64,000 nucleotides of DNA. Source: a virus. The notes beneath the pieces are model-generated. The model was given only the letters and a program-made list of their open reading frames with translations, searched no databases and had not been told where the DNA came from. The stretch is taken from IMG/VR virus record IMGVR_UViG_3300048762_000330; one strand, given 5' to 3'. Shown piece by piece: positions 1 to 7,902 of this stretch. How positions within the stretch are numbered: position 1 is the first letter of the stretch; each line of letters starts with the position of its first letter. Made by a program: the position numbers and the translations under genes.

Positions 1-71
1 ACATTTCATGTCACCTGGGATTCATATTCTCGGATCATTATTGAATTGAAACCCAAATCGGACTCAAACTA

Positions 72-581
72 ATGCGGTATCATGTCAATGTCATTGGGCG
101 CAAAGTCTTTGTCAATGGAGAAAAATGCGAACCTGTTAGTGAATACGAAGATAATCAGAGCGGCGGTTTTCGTTGGATAACCACAACTCCTGATGGAAAC
201 ATCATCAAACTAGATTTCACTCCAAGAAAATATCATTATGGTGACGATGATAATTACCTTTATCGTCAAACATGGGCCGAAATTCAATTGTGGAATATTC
301 TTGATAGTAAAGACAAGCGATATTTTCCAAAAATATTAGCTCACGGTATTCGTGGCCGCAATCTGTCTTGGCTAATTGAAGAAAATCTAAAGTTAGATCG
401 AAATTTCTATATGACCAAAGTCCAAACAAAAATCGTTCGGATGCTCATGAAAAAATATGGTATTTCCGACATCTGGCCATATGTCGGGAAAAAAAACGAC
501 AATTGGGGAGTGACAATTCGTGGTAGAGTAGTCATATTCGATTTTGGTTGCAACAAATTTAATGACTGTGCATATGACTGA
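72..581 (+). CDS. protein kinase-like fold protein
   Basis: C-terminal D-x-W...N-D-N-W-G...V-I-F-D-F-G resembles kinase catalytic and Mg-binding loops; 'EIQLW' and 'FPKIL' resemble the N-lobe. Confidence 0.45.
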   Translation: MRYHVNVIGRKVFVNGEKCEPVSEYEDNQSGGFRWITTTPDGNIIKLDFTPRKYHYGDDDNYLYRQTWAEIQLWNILDSKDKRYFPKILAHGIRGRNLSWLIEENLKLDRNFYMTKVQTKIVRMLMKKYGISDIWPYVGKKNDNWGVTIRGRVVIFDFGCNKFNDCAYD

Positions 582-789
582 AGGACAAACAATTCGATTT
601 CATGGTGGCTGGAACCACGAAGGTGTCCGTTGCGAAATTTGCAAATTTTCTTGCGTTGTAATTGAAAGGTATCAAATTTGGGATCAGGCGTCCCAAAGGT
701 TTGTCCTTCACTCCAATGATTTATGGGTTGCACGGCTTGAAACGGGCAGCTATGTAGTTGGGTATCCAGAACAGTTTGAAGCATCATGA
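574..789 (+). CDS. hypothetical protein
   Basis: ATG overlaps the upstream stop and its own stop overlaps the next ATG (coupled operon). Confidence 0.5.
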   Translation: MTEGQTIRFHGGWNHEGVRCEICKFSCVVIERYQIWDQASQRFVLHSNDLWVARLETGSYVVGYPEQFEAS

Positions 790-1151
790 TCGTAGCATTT
801 GATATCGGCGGTGTGCTTAGTCGCTACCCCGAAAAAATGAAAGCGTTAATGCACGCTCTCATGGCCGGTGGCGTTGATGTGCGGATTGTTACGGACATCA
901 ACCATTCAAAGGCAATTGAATTGCTGCATTTGAATGGATTTGGTTTTGTGCCAGACGAAAAGGTTCATTCTGGTGATTGGAGTGTCGATGGCGATCTGTG
1001 CAAAACAAATGTGTGTACTGAAATTGGGGTAGATTTTTTGATCGATGATCGGCCAGATTATTGTGCAGAAGGTGATTTTATTGGGATGGTTTTATCGCCT
1101 CGCCCACGGGTTTCATATTACGCAAAGACGTGGATGAATGGCCCGATTTGA
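786..1151 (+). CDS. HAD-superfamily hydrolase-like protein
   Basis: N-terminal AFDIGGVL (motif I-like) and FLIDDR (motif IV-like). Confidence 0.55.
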   Translation: MIVAFDIGGVLSRYPEKMKALMHALMAGGVDVRIVTDINHSKAIELLHLNGFGFVPDEKVHSGDWSVDGDLCKTNVCTEIGVDFLIDDRPDYCAEGDFIGMVLSPRPRVSYYAKTWMNGPI

Positions 1152-1183
1152 CACCACATCTTCGGTAGTGCTATACTTAGGGA

Positions 1184-1528
1184 ATGAGCAACACGAAGAA
1201 ATGTCTGTATGAAATTCTCGTTCCAACGATGCGGAACGACGGACGCCCCGTTCGCACTCGTTTTCATCGGGTTTGGGATGCGAAGGTGCGTGACATTTCA
1301 GGTGGTTTGACCGTCATGCCAGTTGCAAAAGGGCAATGGCTGTTTAAAGATAAACTGTTTCAAGAGCGCATGATACCTGTTCGGGTTATCGCTACGAGAT
1401 CCGAAATGGAAAAGATCATCGCCATGACGATGGAATATTACGAGCAATTAGCGGTTTTGGCATACAAAATTAGTGAAGAAGTCATTTTGCGTCATGCTGA
1501 TGGAAATTCAACTGAAGACATCGGCTAA
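1184..1528 (+). CDS. hypothetical phage protein
   Basis: clean ORF with AGGG-like RBS and upstream TTGACA...TATACT promoter. Confidence 0.6.
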   Translation: MSNTKKCLYEILVPTMRNDGRPVRTRFHRVWDAKVRDISGGLTVMPVAKGQWLFKDKLFQERMIPVRVIATRSEMEKIIAMTMEYYEQLAVLAYKISEEVILRHADGNSTEDIG

Positions 1529-1579
1529 AGCACATTTGATGGTATCCTGATAATTCAGGACAAAAAATAGGAGAACACC

Positions 1580-3331
1580 ATGGCAAAGTCAACCTATGCA
1601 ACTGCATTCGCAACCAAGAAAACTCCACAGACCCAAGCAATTCCGGGTCGTGAAGCGGAAATGAAACAGAATAACGCTGGTGGTGTAACATTCACCATCA
1701 CGCCGGTTCAGATGTTGGAACGTTTCCTGATCCTTGGCAGCAATGCGCCTACGTATTACTCGTCTGCACGCAAACTGACAACAGACAATGCTGACAACAT
1801 CCGTGCGTGTCTGAAGGCCGATGGAAAGCGAACGGTTGACAAAATCGTTGAAATCTCTGTAGCTGGCCGTGCGCCATCGAATGATCCTGCAATTTTCGCT
1901 CTTGCGGTAGCTTCAACACCCGAATTTGGATCTCAAGAAACCGCATTGTATGCTTTATCACAATTAACTAAAGTGTGTCGAATTGGTACCCATTTGTTTC
2001 ATTTTGCTGAATACTTAACCTCAATGAGAGGTTTTGGTCGTGCTGTAAAAAGAGAACTTGGTTTATGGTACACTGACAAGAACGAAGGTCAACTAGCATA
2101 TCAAATTCTTAAATATCAATCAAGAGATGGCTGGAGTCATAAAGATATTTTGTCATTGGCTCATGTAAAAACCTCTGATCCACTTAAATCAGCAGTTTTG
2201 GCTTGGAGTGCAATTGGTGGTCTAGATGCTTTGGCTGAAGCTGAAAAAAATTGGACCAGATCTACAAAAAAGTACAATCTTTCAGAACAAGAAATTAACC
2301 AACGTCGCCATCGTTATGGAAGTGCTTATTCTTTATTGAGTAGTGGTGTTGCGCCAAAGATTATTGTTGGGTACGAGGCAGCTAAAAAAGCAACAACTAC
2401 CAAAGAAATTGTAAAGATTATTCGGGACACTAAACTCAGTCATGAAATGATTCCTACTCAATTTAAAACAGAGCCAGAAGTGTGGATGGCATTGCTAGAA
2501 AATGGGATGCCACTTACCGCAATGGTTCGTAATTTAGGCCAGATGTCGAAAATCGGTCTTTTGAAACCGCTGTCAGATGCATCGAAGTTAGTTGTCTCTC
2601 GCTTGAGTGACCAGCAATTCATTCAGAAGAGCCGTCTACACCCGCTGGCAATCATGCTGGCACAGGGAACCTATCGTCAGGGTCATGGTATGCGTAGTGA
2701 TTCTACATGGGATGTGGTTCCGACTGTTGTTGACGCTTTGGAAGATGCGTTTTACTTGGCGTTCGCAAACGTGATTCCGACTGGCAAAAGTATCTTCATC
2801 GGTCTGGACATTTCAGGTTCGATGAGATGGTCTTACATTGGGGCAACCGGCATTTCAGCGGCGCAAGCCGGTGCTGCAATGGCTTTAGTTATCGCACGTA
2901 CTGAACCAAATTACGCTATCTACGGGTTCAGTACTTCGTTGATTGATTTGGGTATCACAAAGAAGGATACTCTTGAATCAGCAATGAAGAAGACTTCTGA
3001 TCGCAATTTTGGTGGCACCGATTGTGCTCAACCAATGGTCTACGCCGAAAAGAAGGGTTTGACAGTTGATTCTTTTGTTACAATTACAGATTCCGAGACA
3101 TGGGCGGGAAAAATACAGCCGATACAGGCTTTGCAGAGTTACCGCAAGGCACGTGGTAAGAATGATGTGTCTATGATAGTTGTCGGGATGACAAGCACTG
3201 GCTTTAGTATTGCGGACCCTCAAGACCCGTACAATTTGGATGTGGTTGGTTTTGATGCGGCGATACCGTCATTTATATCTGATTTTATTCGTGGCACCAA
3301 TACAGGAATTTCTGAAGATACCGAAGAATAA
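1580..3331 (+). CDS. rsr: Ro60/TROVE-domain RNA-binding protein
   Basis: N-terminal NNAGG-x-x-F, RFLILGS, HEAT-like TROVE region (KYQSRDGWSHKD), C-terminal vWA with MIDAS DISGSM, GGTDCAQPM, TDSETW, VVGFD; GGAG RBS. Confidence 0.95.
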   Translation: MAKSTYATAFATKKTPQTQAIPGREAEMKQNNAGGVTFTITPVQMLERFLILGSNAPTYYSSARKLTTDNADNIRACLKADGKRTVDKIVEISVAGRAPSNDPAIFALAVASTPEFGSQETALYALSQLTKVCRIGTHLFHFAEYLTSMRGFGRAVKRELGLWYTDKNEGQLAYQILKYQSRDGWSHKDILSLAHVKTSDPLKSAVLAWSAIGGLDALAEAEKNWTRSTKKYNLSEQEINQRRHRYGSAYSLLSSGVAPKIIVGYEAAKKATTTKEIVKIIRDTKLSHEMIPTQFKTEPEVWMALLENGMPLTAMVRNLGQMSKIGLLKPLSDASKLVVSRLSDQQFIQKSRLHPLAIMLAQGTYRQGHGMRSDSTWDVVPTVVDALEDAFYLAFANVIPTGKSIFIGLDISGSMRWSYIGATGISAAQAGAAMALVIARTEPNYAIYGFSTSLIDLGITKKDTLESAMKKTSDRNFGGTDCAQPMVYAEKKGLTVDSFVTITDSETWAGKIQPIQALQSYRKARGKNDVSMIVVGMTSTGFSIADPQDPYNLDVVGFDAAIPSFISDFIRGTNTGISEDTEE

Positions 3332-4077
3332 TTTTCTTCACGCCAATCATCAAGGAACTCACAAATATCCAACAATGCGAGTTCTTTGAAACATTCTGTT
3401 CTTCCTCCACTGATACAAGATGGAATGTAACGATAATGTGAAAATTTTTCTATAATATACTGTTCCAAATCGTACAGTTTGTTCAATGCACCATTTAATT
3501 GGAATAAACATGATATAGATAGTTTGTTGTGTCTCCATTTTATTGATCGTTTCGCTATTGATTCTTGTGTTATACCAATTTTAAAAAATGATTCAAAATT
3601 GGAACGAATTAAAATTAAATATAATATTGTGTTTTTATTTTCTCTTGTTTTTCTAACTTCAGGTTGAGAGTAATAACCTCGTGTAACACATTTTGGGCAT
3701 CCGTTTCCGTGCCAATGACCATCTGGTGTTTGTTTGAAGTCACCATGAATTGGACAAGTTATGATGACTTTTGTGGTGCATACAGTATATTTTGATTTGT
3801 CATAATTGTATTTGTTACCATGAATTAATCTACTACGCTGAATGAAAGAATCGGTATTTTTCTTTGTTGGGTGACATAATTTACAGCCCCGACCTCGAAG
3901 ATGTTCACCGGCAATCTGTTGAAAATTTCCATGAATTTTACATGTGATTATTATTGGTAATTTGGCTGTTATATAAAAACTCTTACTGTATTCATATTTG
4001 CTATTATGCACGCTGTTTGCTTTTATAATGAACTCTGTAGTAGTGCGTTTTTTATTTGAATAAATACTTTCAGACAT
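3220..4077 (-). CDS. putative homing endonuclease (repeated H..KY.Y / C..HG.F.Q / GC..C modules + GIY-YIG-like C-terminus)
   Basis: two DUF723-like repeats, then LYLI...FFKIGIT; starts at MSESIY behind a GGAGG RBS; overlaps the Ro60 3' end convergently. Confidence 0.7.
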   Translation of the reverse strand: MSESIYSNKKRTTTEFIIKANSVHNSKYEYSKSFYITAKLPIIITCKIHGNFQQIAGEHLRGRGCKLCHPTKKNTDSFIQRSRLIHGNKYNYDKSKYTVCTTKVIITCPIHGDFKQTPDGHWHGNGCPKCVTRGYYSQPEVRKTRENKNTILYLILIRSNFESFFKIGITQESIAKRSIKWRHNKLSISCLFQLNGALNKLYDLEQYIIEKFSHYRYIPSCISGGRTECFKELALLDICEFLDDWREENYSSVSSEIPVLVPRIKSDINDGIAASKPTTSKLYGS

Positions 4078-4155
4078 GATTTGCTTGCCCTCCAAGCGTT
4101 TGTGTTTAGAGTGAGCGGCGGGTACTGATTATACCTGCCACTCATTCGTATTTAT
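4078..4155 (-). promoter_or_regulatory. late promoter + 5' hairpin leader of the nuclease gene
   Basis: minus strand ATAAATA-N5-GAGTGGCAGGTA(loop)TACCCGCCGCTC-ACTC-TAAACACAA...GGAGG...ATG. Confidence 0.7.
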
Positions 4156-4196
4156 ACTTGACATTCGAAAATTTGATAGTATACTAAATAAAGTTT

Positions 4197-4385
4197 ATGA
4201 TCAAAGCAATTGTTAACGTACTGAAGTTCGATGGGACACTTGTTAGTCATAACGAGTTTGTAACTAATCAGGAAGCTGCTGACTTTATGGTTCCCTTTGT
4301 TATAGAGCATCGACAATTCGATATCAATTATCAGCCGATTGGGGCACTTGACAACCTTGATGAGTGTGCTATACTGAAAGAGTAA
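4197..4385 (+). CDS. hypothetical protein
   Basis: ORF just downstream of TTGACA/TATACT and CTAAATA. Confidence 0.5.
   Translation: MIKAIVNVLKFDGTLVSHNEFVTNQEAADFMVPFVIEHRQFDINYQPIGALDNLDECAILKE
4348..4375 (+). promoter_or_regulatory. sigma70-type promoter of the ncRNA operon
   Basis: TTGACA-16nt-TATACT with TG extended -10. Confidence 0.75.
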
Positions 4386-4438
4386 GAGTGAACGCCAAGC
4401 GATCCGCAAGGGACGTTAAACGACCCAAAGGAACGCAA

Positions 4439-4452
4439 GGATCTTTGACAAT
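4439..4452 (+). promoter_or_regulatory. boxA-like antitermination element
   Basis: GGATCTTTGACAAT resembles rrn-leader boxA and lies about 60 nt after the promoter and ahead of structured RNA. Confidence 0.5.
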
Positions 4453-4462
4453 AAAAATTTCA

Positions 4463-4658
4463 TGGTACGAGCCGCTGGCATTAAGGTTACCTACTTGATG
4501 AAGACCCGGTGAGAAGTTGAAACACCAAATCCGGGAATATTAGCAGTTAGTAACAAGTGCTCCGCAAGGAGTGTAGTAAACAATGCAATGCAAGGGAATG
4601 AAATGCCCAATTTGGAGGCAAGTAATTCCCGGCCTTGAGCTACAATTTGCTCGTACCA
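4463..4658 (+). ncRNA. Y RNA-like RNA 1 (long, with inserted multi-helix domain)
   Basis: 5' TGGTACGAGC pairs with 3' GCTCGTACCA; GAGC-C-G / TTTGCTC bulged helix; GGTTACCT motif; internal CCGGGAAT/ATTCCCGG helix and GCAA tetraloop hairpin. Confidence 0.7.
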
Positions 4659-4662
4659 AATA

Positions 4663-5050
4663 TTCATGTAGAGCTAAAGCTCCATGATCGAGTTCTTCTC
4701 GTCATTAAACCATGAGAAGACGTTCCTGAACTTAACGCATGAAGGAGGCTACTTTGATGCATAGTGGCAAGCGTGACTGTGAAGCAACCGCCGACGATGC
4801 AGAAGGCTATCGCTTCCAATACAGACCTTCTTGTCTACGATAAAGTTCAGCAGTAATTCGCCTGTAAAGCGGGGTCATTTGGTGATGGACGTTAACTAGC
4901 ACTGGTCATTATGGATTAAGACCTTAAATTAATCCTGGTCGCAAGGATCGACAGAAAAATATCCAGTCATTGCCGGTTGCGGCCTTAAATCGGATAGCCT
5001 TGGTGGTGGGCGATATCATCACCCGATTTTTGAATCTCCTTGCGGGAGTT
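4663..5050 (+). ncRNA. unassigned structured RNA domain A
   Basis: no credible ORF; stems TCATG/CATGA, CTTCTC/GAGAAG, CTGAACTT(4726)/AAGTTCAG(4843), GGATTAA/TTAATCC. Confidence 0.5.
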
Positions 5051-5057
5051 GTATTTG

Positions 5058-5119
5058 ACTGAGCCGAAAGTAAGGGTTACCTTCTCATAAAAAGTCTCCT
5101 TACAAAATATTTGCTCAGT
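5058..5119 (+). ncRNA. Y RNA-like RNA 2
   Basis: ACTGAGC/GCTCAGT terminal stem; GAGCCGAAAG...GGGTTACCT...AATATTTGCTC. Confidence 0.7.
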
Positions 5120-5126
5120 ATTTGAG

Positions 5127-5224
5127 TTTTGGATCGAGCCGAAAGGGTAGGGTTATCTCATACCATTTTAATTGAATGCCAGGAAACTGGCTAGCTCCTT
5201 CTCGAATATTTGCTCGTTCCAAAA
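5127..5224 (+). ncRNA. Y RNA-like RNA 3
   Basis: TTTTGGATCGAGC/GCTCGTTCCAAAA stem; GAGCCGAAAGGGTAGGGTTATCTCA; GCCAG-GAAA-CTGGC hairpin; pyrimidine tract; AATATTTGCTC. Confidence 0.75.
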
Positions 5225-5590
5225 ATTTCTGTATTGGCAGAAACGCAGTTTCGCTGTTGTGCGAAAAATAGAACAGCGTGGCGGTGGGTAGAACCGGATG
5301 GCACAATGTGCTCTAAGGCGACTCTCCTGTGACCAGTACACATAAAAGCTGGTGGGAGACCGGGTAGGATAGAACCTATCGGCCTTTTGGGAGAGAAATC
5401 TCCCTAAAGTTTAGTGGTACGTGGCAGCAGATTAATGGAATCGTTGGGATGACGCTGCTTGAGTCATATGTTGAGTAGTGATACTTCAGCATACTTTAGT
5501 GTTGTATATGACGGCGGTATGTAGTATGACATAGGATCTTGAAAATCCTGCTGACGATTCAACCACTTGAGTTTGCCGAAAGGCAAAAAT
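5225..5590 (+). ncRNA. unassigned structured RNA domain B
   Basis: GGGAGA-GAAA-TCTCCC, TTTGCC-GAAA-GGCAAA, GAATCGTT/GACGATTC long-range helix, AGGAT-CTTGAAA-ATCCT anticodon-arm-like hairpin. Confidence 0.5.
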
Positions 5591-5593
5591 GGA

Positions 5594-5775
5594 GCCGATC
5601 ACATTGAACGTCGGGTCTTGCCAGACTGTGATAAACAAGTCGGGGTTGCCGATCACCTAATCCGGGTCTTTCAGAGAGCTAGTGACAACAAGCCATCGGT
5701 TGCCGATCACCTTAATCCGGGTCTTACCAGACTGTGACGACAAGTCGGGGTAGCTGAATCACCTTAATCTCAGGG
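5594..5775 (+). repeat. tandem array of about 54-nt structured repeats (3 full + 1 partial)
   Basis: units start at 5594, 5648, 5702, 5753; shared GCCGATCAC...CGGGTCTT...GTGA..ACAAG...GGT. Confidence 0.85.
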
Positions 5776-5922
5776 AAGCTGAAGAACCTTACTCTTAGCG
5801 TTTTTTTAAGTGTGTACGTTAACATCATTTGAGGTTTATTTGGTCAATCCTTAAAGGCTGGACGTTTCCACTTCACGTCAGAAGTGGTAGGATTCTGTTG
5901 ACCAATAAACAGCAGAGGCTTC

Positions 5923-5957
5923 GGCGGCGGGTGCCAAAACAGCCGCCATTATTATTT
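5923..5957. terminator. hairpin terminator between the ncRNA operon and the convergent gene
   Basis: GGCGGC/GCCGCC stem followed by an AT-rich tract. Confidence 0.5.
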
Positions 5958-7595
5958 TGTGCAAACATTCCAAATCGGATTATAACAAAGATTGCTTGTT
6001 GATGGATCACACGCCGCCCAATCAACTTCTGAGTTAGTCCCATTACCATTCACACATCCACCGGTATAAGGGATAAATCCCGATCCTGTTACTCCCGAAT
6101 CAATTAAGATTCCCACTTGATTGTTGGTTACATTCATTACCCCGATTGCTATATTGGTTAGAGGATCTGGATTCTTTTGAATATGGATTCCGTAACTATT
6201 GCTACTGATGCTTCTAATCAAACCAGTGTTAGGGTCAAGCGCAGAAATATAACTCAAAATTCCCTGATGCATAATGATTCCGGTTCCGCCGCCTCCCGTC
6301 GAACTGGCTATGTGGTTTATAATTGAGTTCCCTTTCAATGCGGTTGAATGCCCATCTATCTCGATAGCATCCACTCCTAAGTCTGGTGTAACCGGGCAGG
6401 AATATCCTGACAGTTGTCCTGATACTCCATTGACGGTTTGAATAATTCCCGTTGCTGGAGTTATTTGTTTATATCCGTTAAGATAGTTACCGTCAATTTC
6501 TACTTTGGAAGCAGAATTCCAAACCGTTAGTTGTCCACCTGGAACTCCATCAGGCTGCTCGTATCGGTTTCCGAGAAATTGATTTCCTGTAATATCGCCC
6601 CATCCACTCATAGTAACACCAGCCGTCCCGTTAAAATTCAAATTACTATTTGCAACGACAACATACCCGTCATTTAAACTACCATTTAAAACCCCATTAG
6701 TTCCACCTTGTATGCCGGTTGTTCTTGCGCTAAACACAGTTGAATTAAGTACAGAGCCGGTGTAGATTCGAACCGCACTTCCGGGAGAATTAATCACTTC
6801 TACATTTTGTAAGAAGGCGTAACTCGCATTACCAAAATCAACATCCCAATTAGCGTAAGCATCGCCGTTGTTAAGAGCACAACCCCAATAAGTTGGTTGG
6901 TCGAAATGAAATGCAAACCTATTTCCATCTATTGTAAGATTTTGTATTCCAACATTTGTGACACCCGCACTGGCGTTCACTACATTGTTTATTTGCTCAT
7001 TGTGACGTTGAATTGTAGTTGCCCATGGAGAATTACTCGAACCTGTCAAAATATAATTTGACTTTGTGAATGTGAGAGGTACATCTGTTGGATATGGAAC
7101 TCCTTGTGCTAAGATGCAATATGTCATTCCATTTGATACATTACCAGGAAGAATTCCAGATAAACAATTTTGTATTGAATTCAAATCGGAATAAACTGTT
7201 CCATAAATTTTACATGCTGCTGGACTTTTCGCATCTGTCATATTGGCATAGTTAGTTACCGTTGTCAATATTTGTGGTCGAAGCGTAGCGAGAAATTGTT
7301 GTGCCACGGTGGTTGTAAGTGTCACACGTTGTGGAACGGTTGCTTTTCGTAGTTGTTGAACAGCAGCGTCTAATGCAGCAACTTCAGTTGAATTAAGTCC
7401 AAATTGCTTCGTATAGCCGTCTTCCATAATGGTGACGAGAGAAGGCACCCAATGTGGATTGGACAAATTTGTGAAAGTGGAATATAGGTAGCTGCATGGT
7501 AACGTATTAGATTGTATTGGTTGTGCCAGACGCTTTGGCGTTTTACCCGGCAGCAGAATCATGAAAATGGTCAGCAATAAAATAAGTTTTCGCAT
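5952..7595 (-). CDS. secreted right-handed beta-helix (pectin-lyase-like) repeat protein
   Basis: signal-peptide-like MRKLILLLTIFMILL; N/G/I-rich beta-helix repeats (IQNLTIDGN, ITGNQF, IDGNYL); start sits 5 nt after CTAAATA. Confidence 0.65.
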   Translation of the reverse strand: MRKLILLLTIFMILLPGKTPKRLAQPIQSNTLPCSYLYSTFTNLSNPHWVPSLVTIMEDGYTKQFGLNSTEVAALDAAVQQLRKATVPQRVTLTTTVAQQFLATLRPQILTTVTNYANMTDAKSPAACKIYGTVYSDLNSIQNCLSGILPGNVSNGMTYCILAQGVPYPTDVPLTFTKSNYILTGSSNSPWATTIQRHNEQINNVVNASAGVTNVGIQNLTIDGNRFAFHFDQPTYWGCALNNGDAYANWDVDFGNASYAFLQNVEVINSPGSAVRIYTGSVLNSTVFSARTTGIQGGTNGVLNGSLNDGYVVVANSNLNFNGTAGVTMSGWGDITGNQFLGNRYEQPDGVPGGQLTVWNSASKVEIDGNYLNGYKQITPATGIIQTVNGVSGQLSGYSCPVTPDLGVDAIEIDGHSTALKGNSIINHIASSTGGGGTGIIMHQGILSYISALDPNTGLIRSISSNSYGIHIQKNPDPLTNIAIGVMNVTNNQVGILIDSGVTGSGFIPYTGGCVNGNGTNSEVDWAACDPSTSNLCYNPIWNVCTK

Positions 7596-7658
7596 GACCA
7601 TATTTAGAAAGCCCTTGACGGCCATTAAAAAATGTGCTATAATAAAAATAGGAGCATT

Positions 7659-7892
7659 ATGACCGGAAAAGATTTGTGGACGATCTTCGATGAAGAGTGC
7701 CGAAAAGACGGTACGATAGCGCTGTTGTTCGGTGTGGAATTTTCCATTGCCAATGGCCGCAGCATCGAACGAAGCGGCCCGCCTGAAGATTTGACGCTGT
7801 GGAATACGATTGCTGCTCGGTTGGAGCGTGGTACAATTGATACCATTGTAGATGTGCTGAAGAAAAAACGAGAAGGATTGCGGCACGCTTGA
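7659..7892 (+). CDS. hypothetical protein
   Basis: GGAG RBS; TTGACG/TATAAT promoter upstream. Confidence 0.6.
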   Translation: MTGKDLWTIFDEECRKDGTIALLFGVEFSIANGRSIERSGPPEDLTLWNTIAARLERGTIDTIVDVLKKKREGLRHA

Positions 7893-7902
7893 AGTGTGCT
7901 TT

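Noticed and set aside
4855-4900. tRNA-Tyr-like CGC-CTGTAAA-GCG arm
   Set aside because: No acceptor stem, T-arm or CCA around it
4660-5050. tmRNA, RNase P RNA or group I intron
   Set aside because: No GGGG..-CCA tRNA-like ends or Ala-Ala tag frame, no GAGGAAAGUC/P4 signature, no P7 core motifs; AACCGCCGA resemblance to RNase P is too short
5594-5775. CRISPR mini-array
   Set aside because: The putative spacers are similar to each other (units 1 and 3 nearly identical) and constant blocks are interleaved; no cas genes in the window
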